Below are positions 63,253 through 64,000 of a DNA stretch of 64,000 nucleotides, in pieces. Both the position numbers and the translations under genes were made by a program. Within the stretch, counting starts at the first letter, position 1. Every line of letters starts with the position of its first letter. Under the pieces are notes generated by a model that did no database searches, was not told the origin of the DNA, and saw nothing but the letters and a program-made list of their open reading frames with translations. Origin of the DNA: Mobula hypostoma (taxonomy: Eukaryota); NCBI RefSeq assembly GCF_963921235.1, contig NC_086097.1, positions 143,470,001 to 143,534,000 of the forward strand, in the 5' to 3' direction.

Positions 63253-64000
63253 TCTGCTTTCCCTGTGCTGGACCTGGCCTTTTTAACATCTGTGATATTA
63301 GCTTGGTTTGTCTCTTGTCATTAATAGTGCCTAGCCTGCTAGATGTGTCCTACAAGCCTGCATTTCACAGCCTTAACTTTCTATTAACTGTTTTGCAATA
63401 TTACGCCTTAACTACCTGCAATTCAAAGCTTTTGTCCATTTTTTTGTCTCTTTAACTCTATGACAATAATTTGCTTCCACATCCACCCTGGTTTAACTCT
63501 GTCAGTGATTTTTTTCCCCCTTGTTCTGCCTATTGCTGTCCCATCTTAAAACTGACTTTTTTTTTCTTCCCATTTCTGACAAAGGGTTTTTTAACCCCAG
63601 TAATAACCCTGAAGTTATTTCCACACTTGCTGCCTGTGTGTTTTTTTATATATACGTAGGACTGTTATCCGACAGTTTTATAGCAATTGGTGTGTTGACT
63701 TTCCTAGCAAAAGGAGCTTCATCAGGAGCTGATGAAAGGTCTCAGAATGAAACAGCAAACATTTATGTTCTCCACAGACGCTGCCTGACCTGCTGAGTTC
63801 CTCCAGCATTTTATATTGCTCAGTATTTCCAGCATCTGCAGAATCTTACTGCAGTTGTAGAGGATCTTGAGTATCGTGTACAGCTTCTGTCACTTTTGAG
63901 AGTGGATGTTCTTGCAGAGGAAAGGACATAACAAATGTTCACTAGACCAGTTACTGGGATGGCAGGACTGAAGAGAGTTTGGGATAATTGGGCTTATATT

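Overview
Eukaryotic, repeat-dominated genomic DNA. The element mix (abundant CR1 LINEs with GDSL/SGNH-esterase ORF1, Rex1/Babar LINEs, Penelope-like elements, tRNA-derived V-type and Deu-type SINEs) points to a cartilaginous fish, probably a ray; this is inference. Most of the window is decayed, often nested transposable elements: CR1, Rex1/Babar, Penelope-like elements carrying hammerhead-ribozyme motifs, a Gypsy remnant, a solo LTR, a hAT (Buster/Charlie-type) transposase fossil, and Harbinger, mariner, Tc1 and hAT non-autonomous elements. Nearly all ORFs in the track are TE fragments or antisense noise. Host-gene signal is limited to a probable promoter and signal-peptide first exon at 54002-54076 (+, gene not identified) and a weak candidate terminal exon at 7499-7530. 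There is no prokaryotic-type system (no CRISPR, operon or rRNA). The most interesting observations are: two separate CR1 insertions that share the same two nonsense codons; a repeated ~0.67 kb non-tRNA retroposon with a YY1-like 5' start and a 3' hairpin plus AATCT tail; minimal hammerhead ribozymes in Penelope ends with inverted-5' insertion structures; a palindromic multi-TIR mariner MITE hosting a Harbinger; and a four-level TE nest. Boundaries of old elements are approximate; those supported by TSDs are exact.
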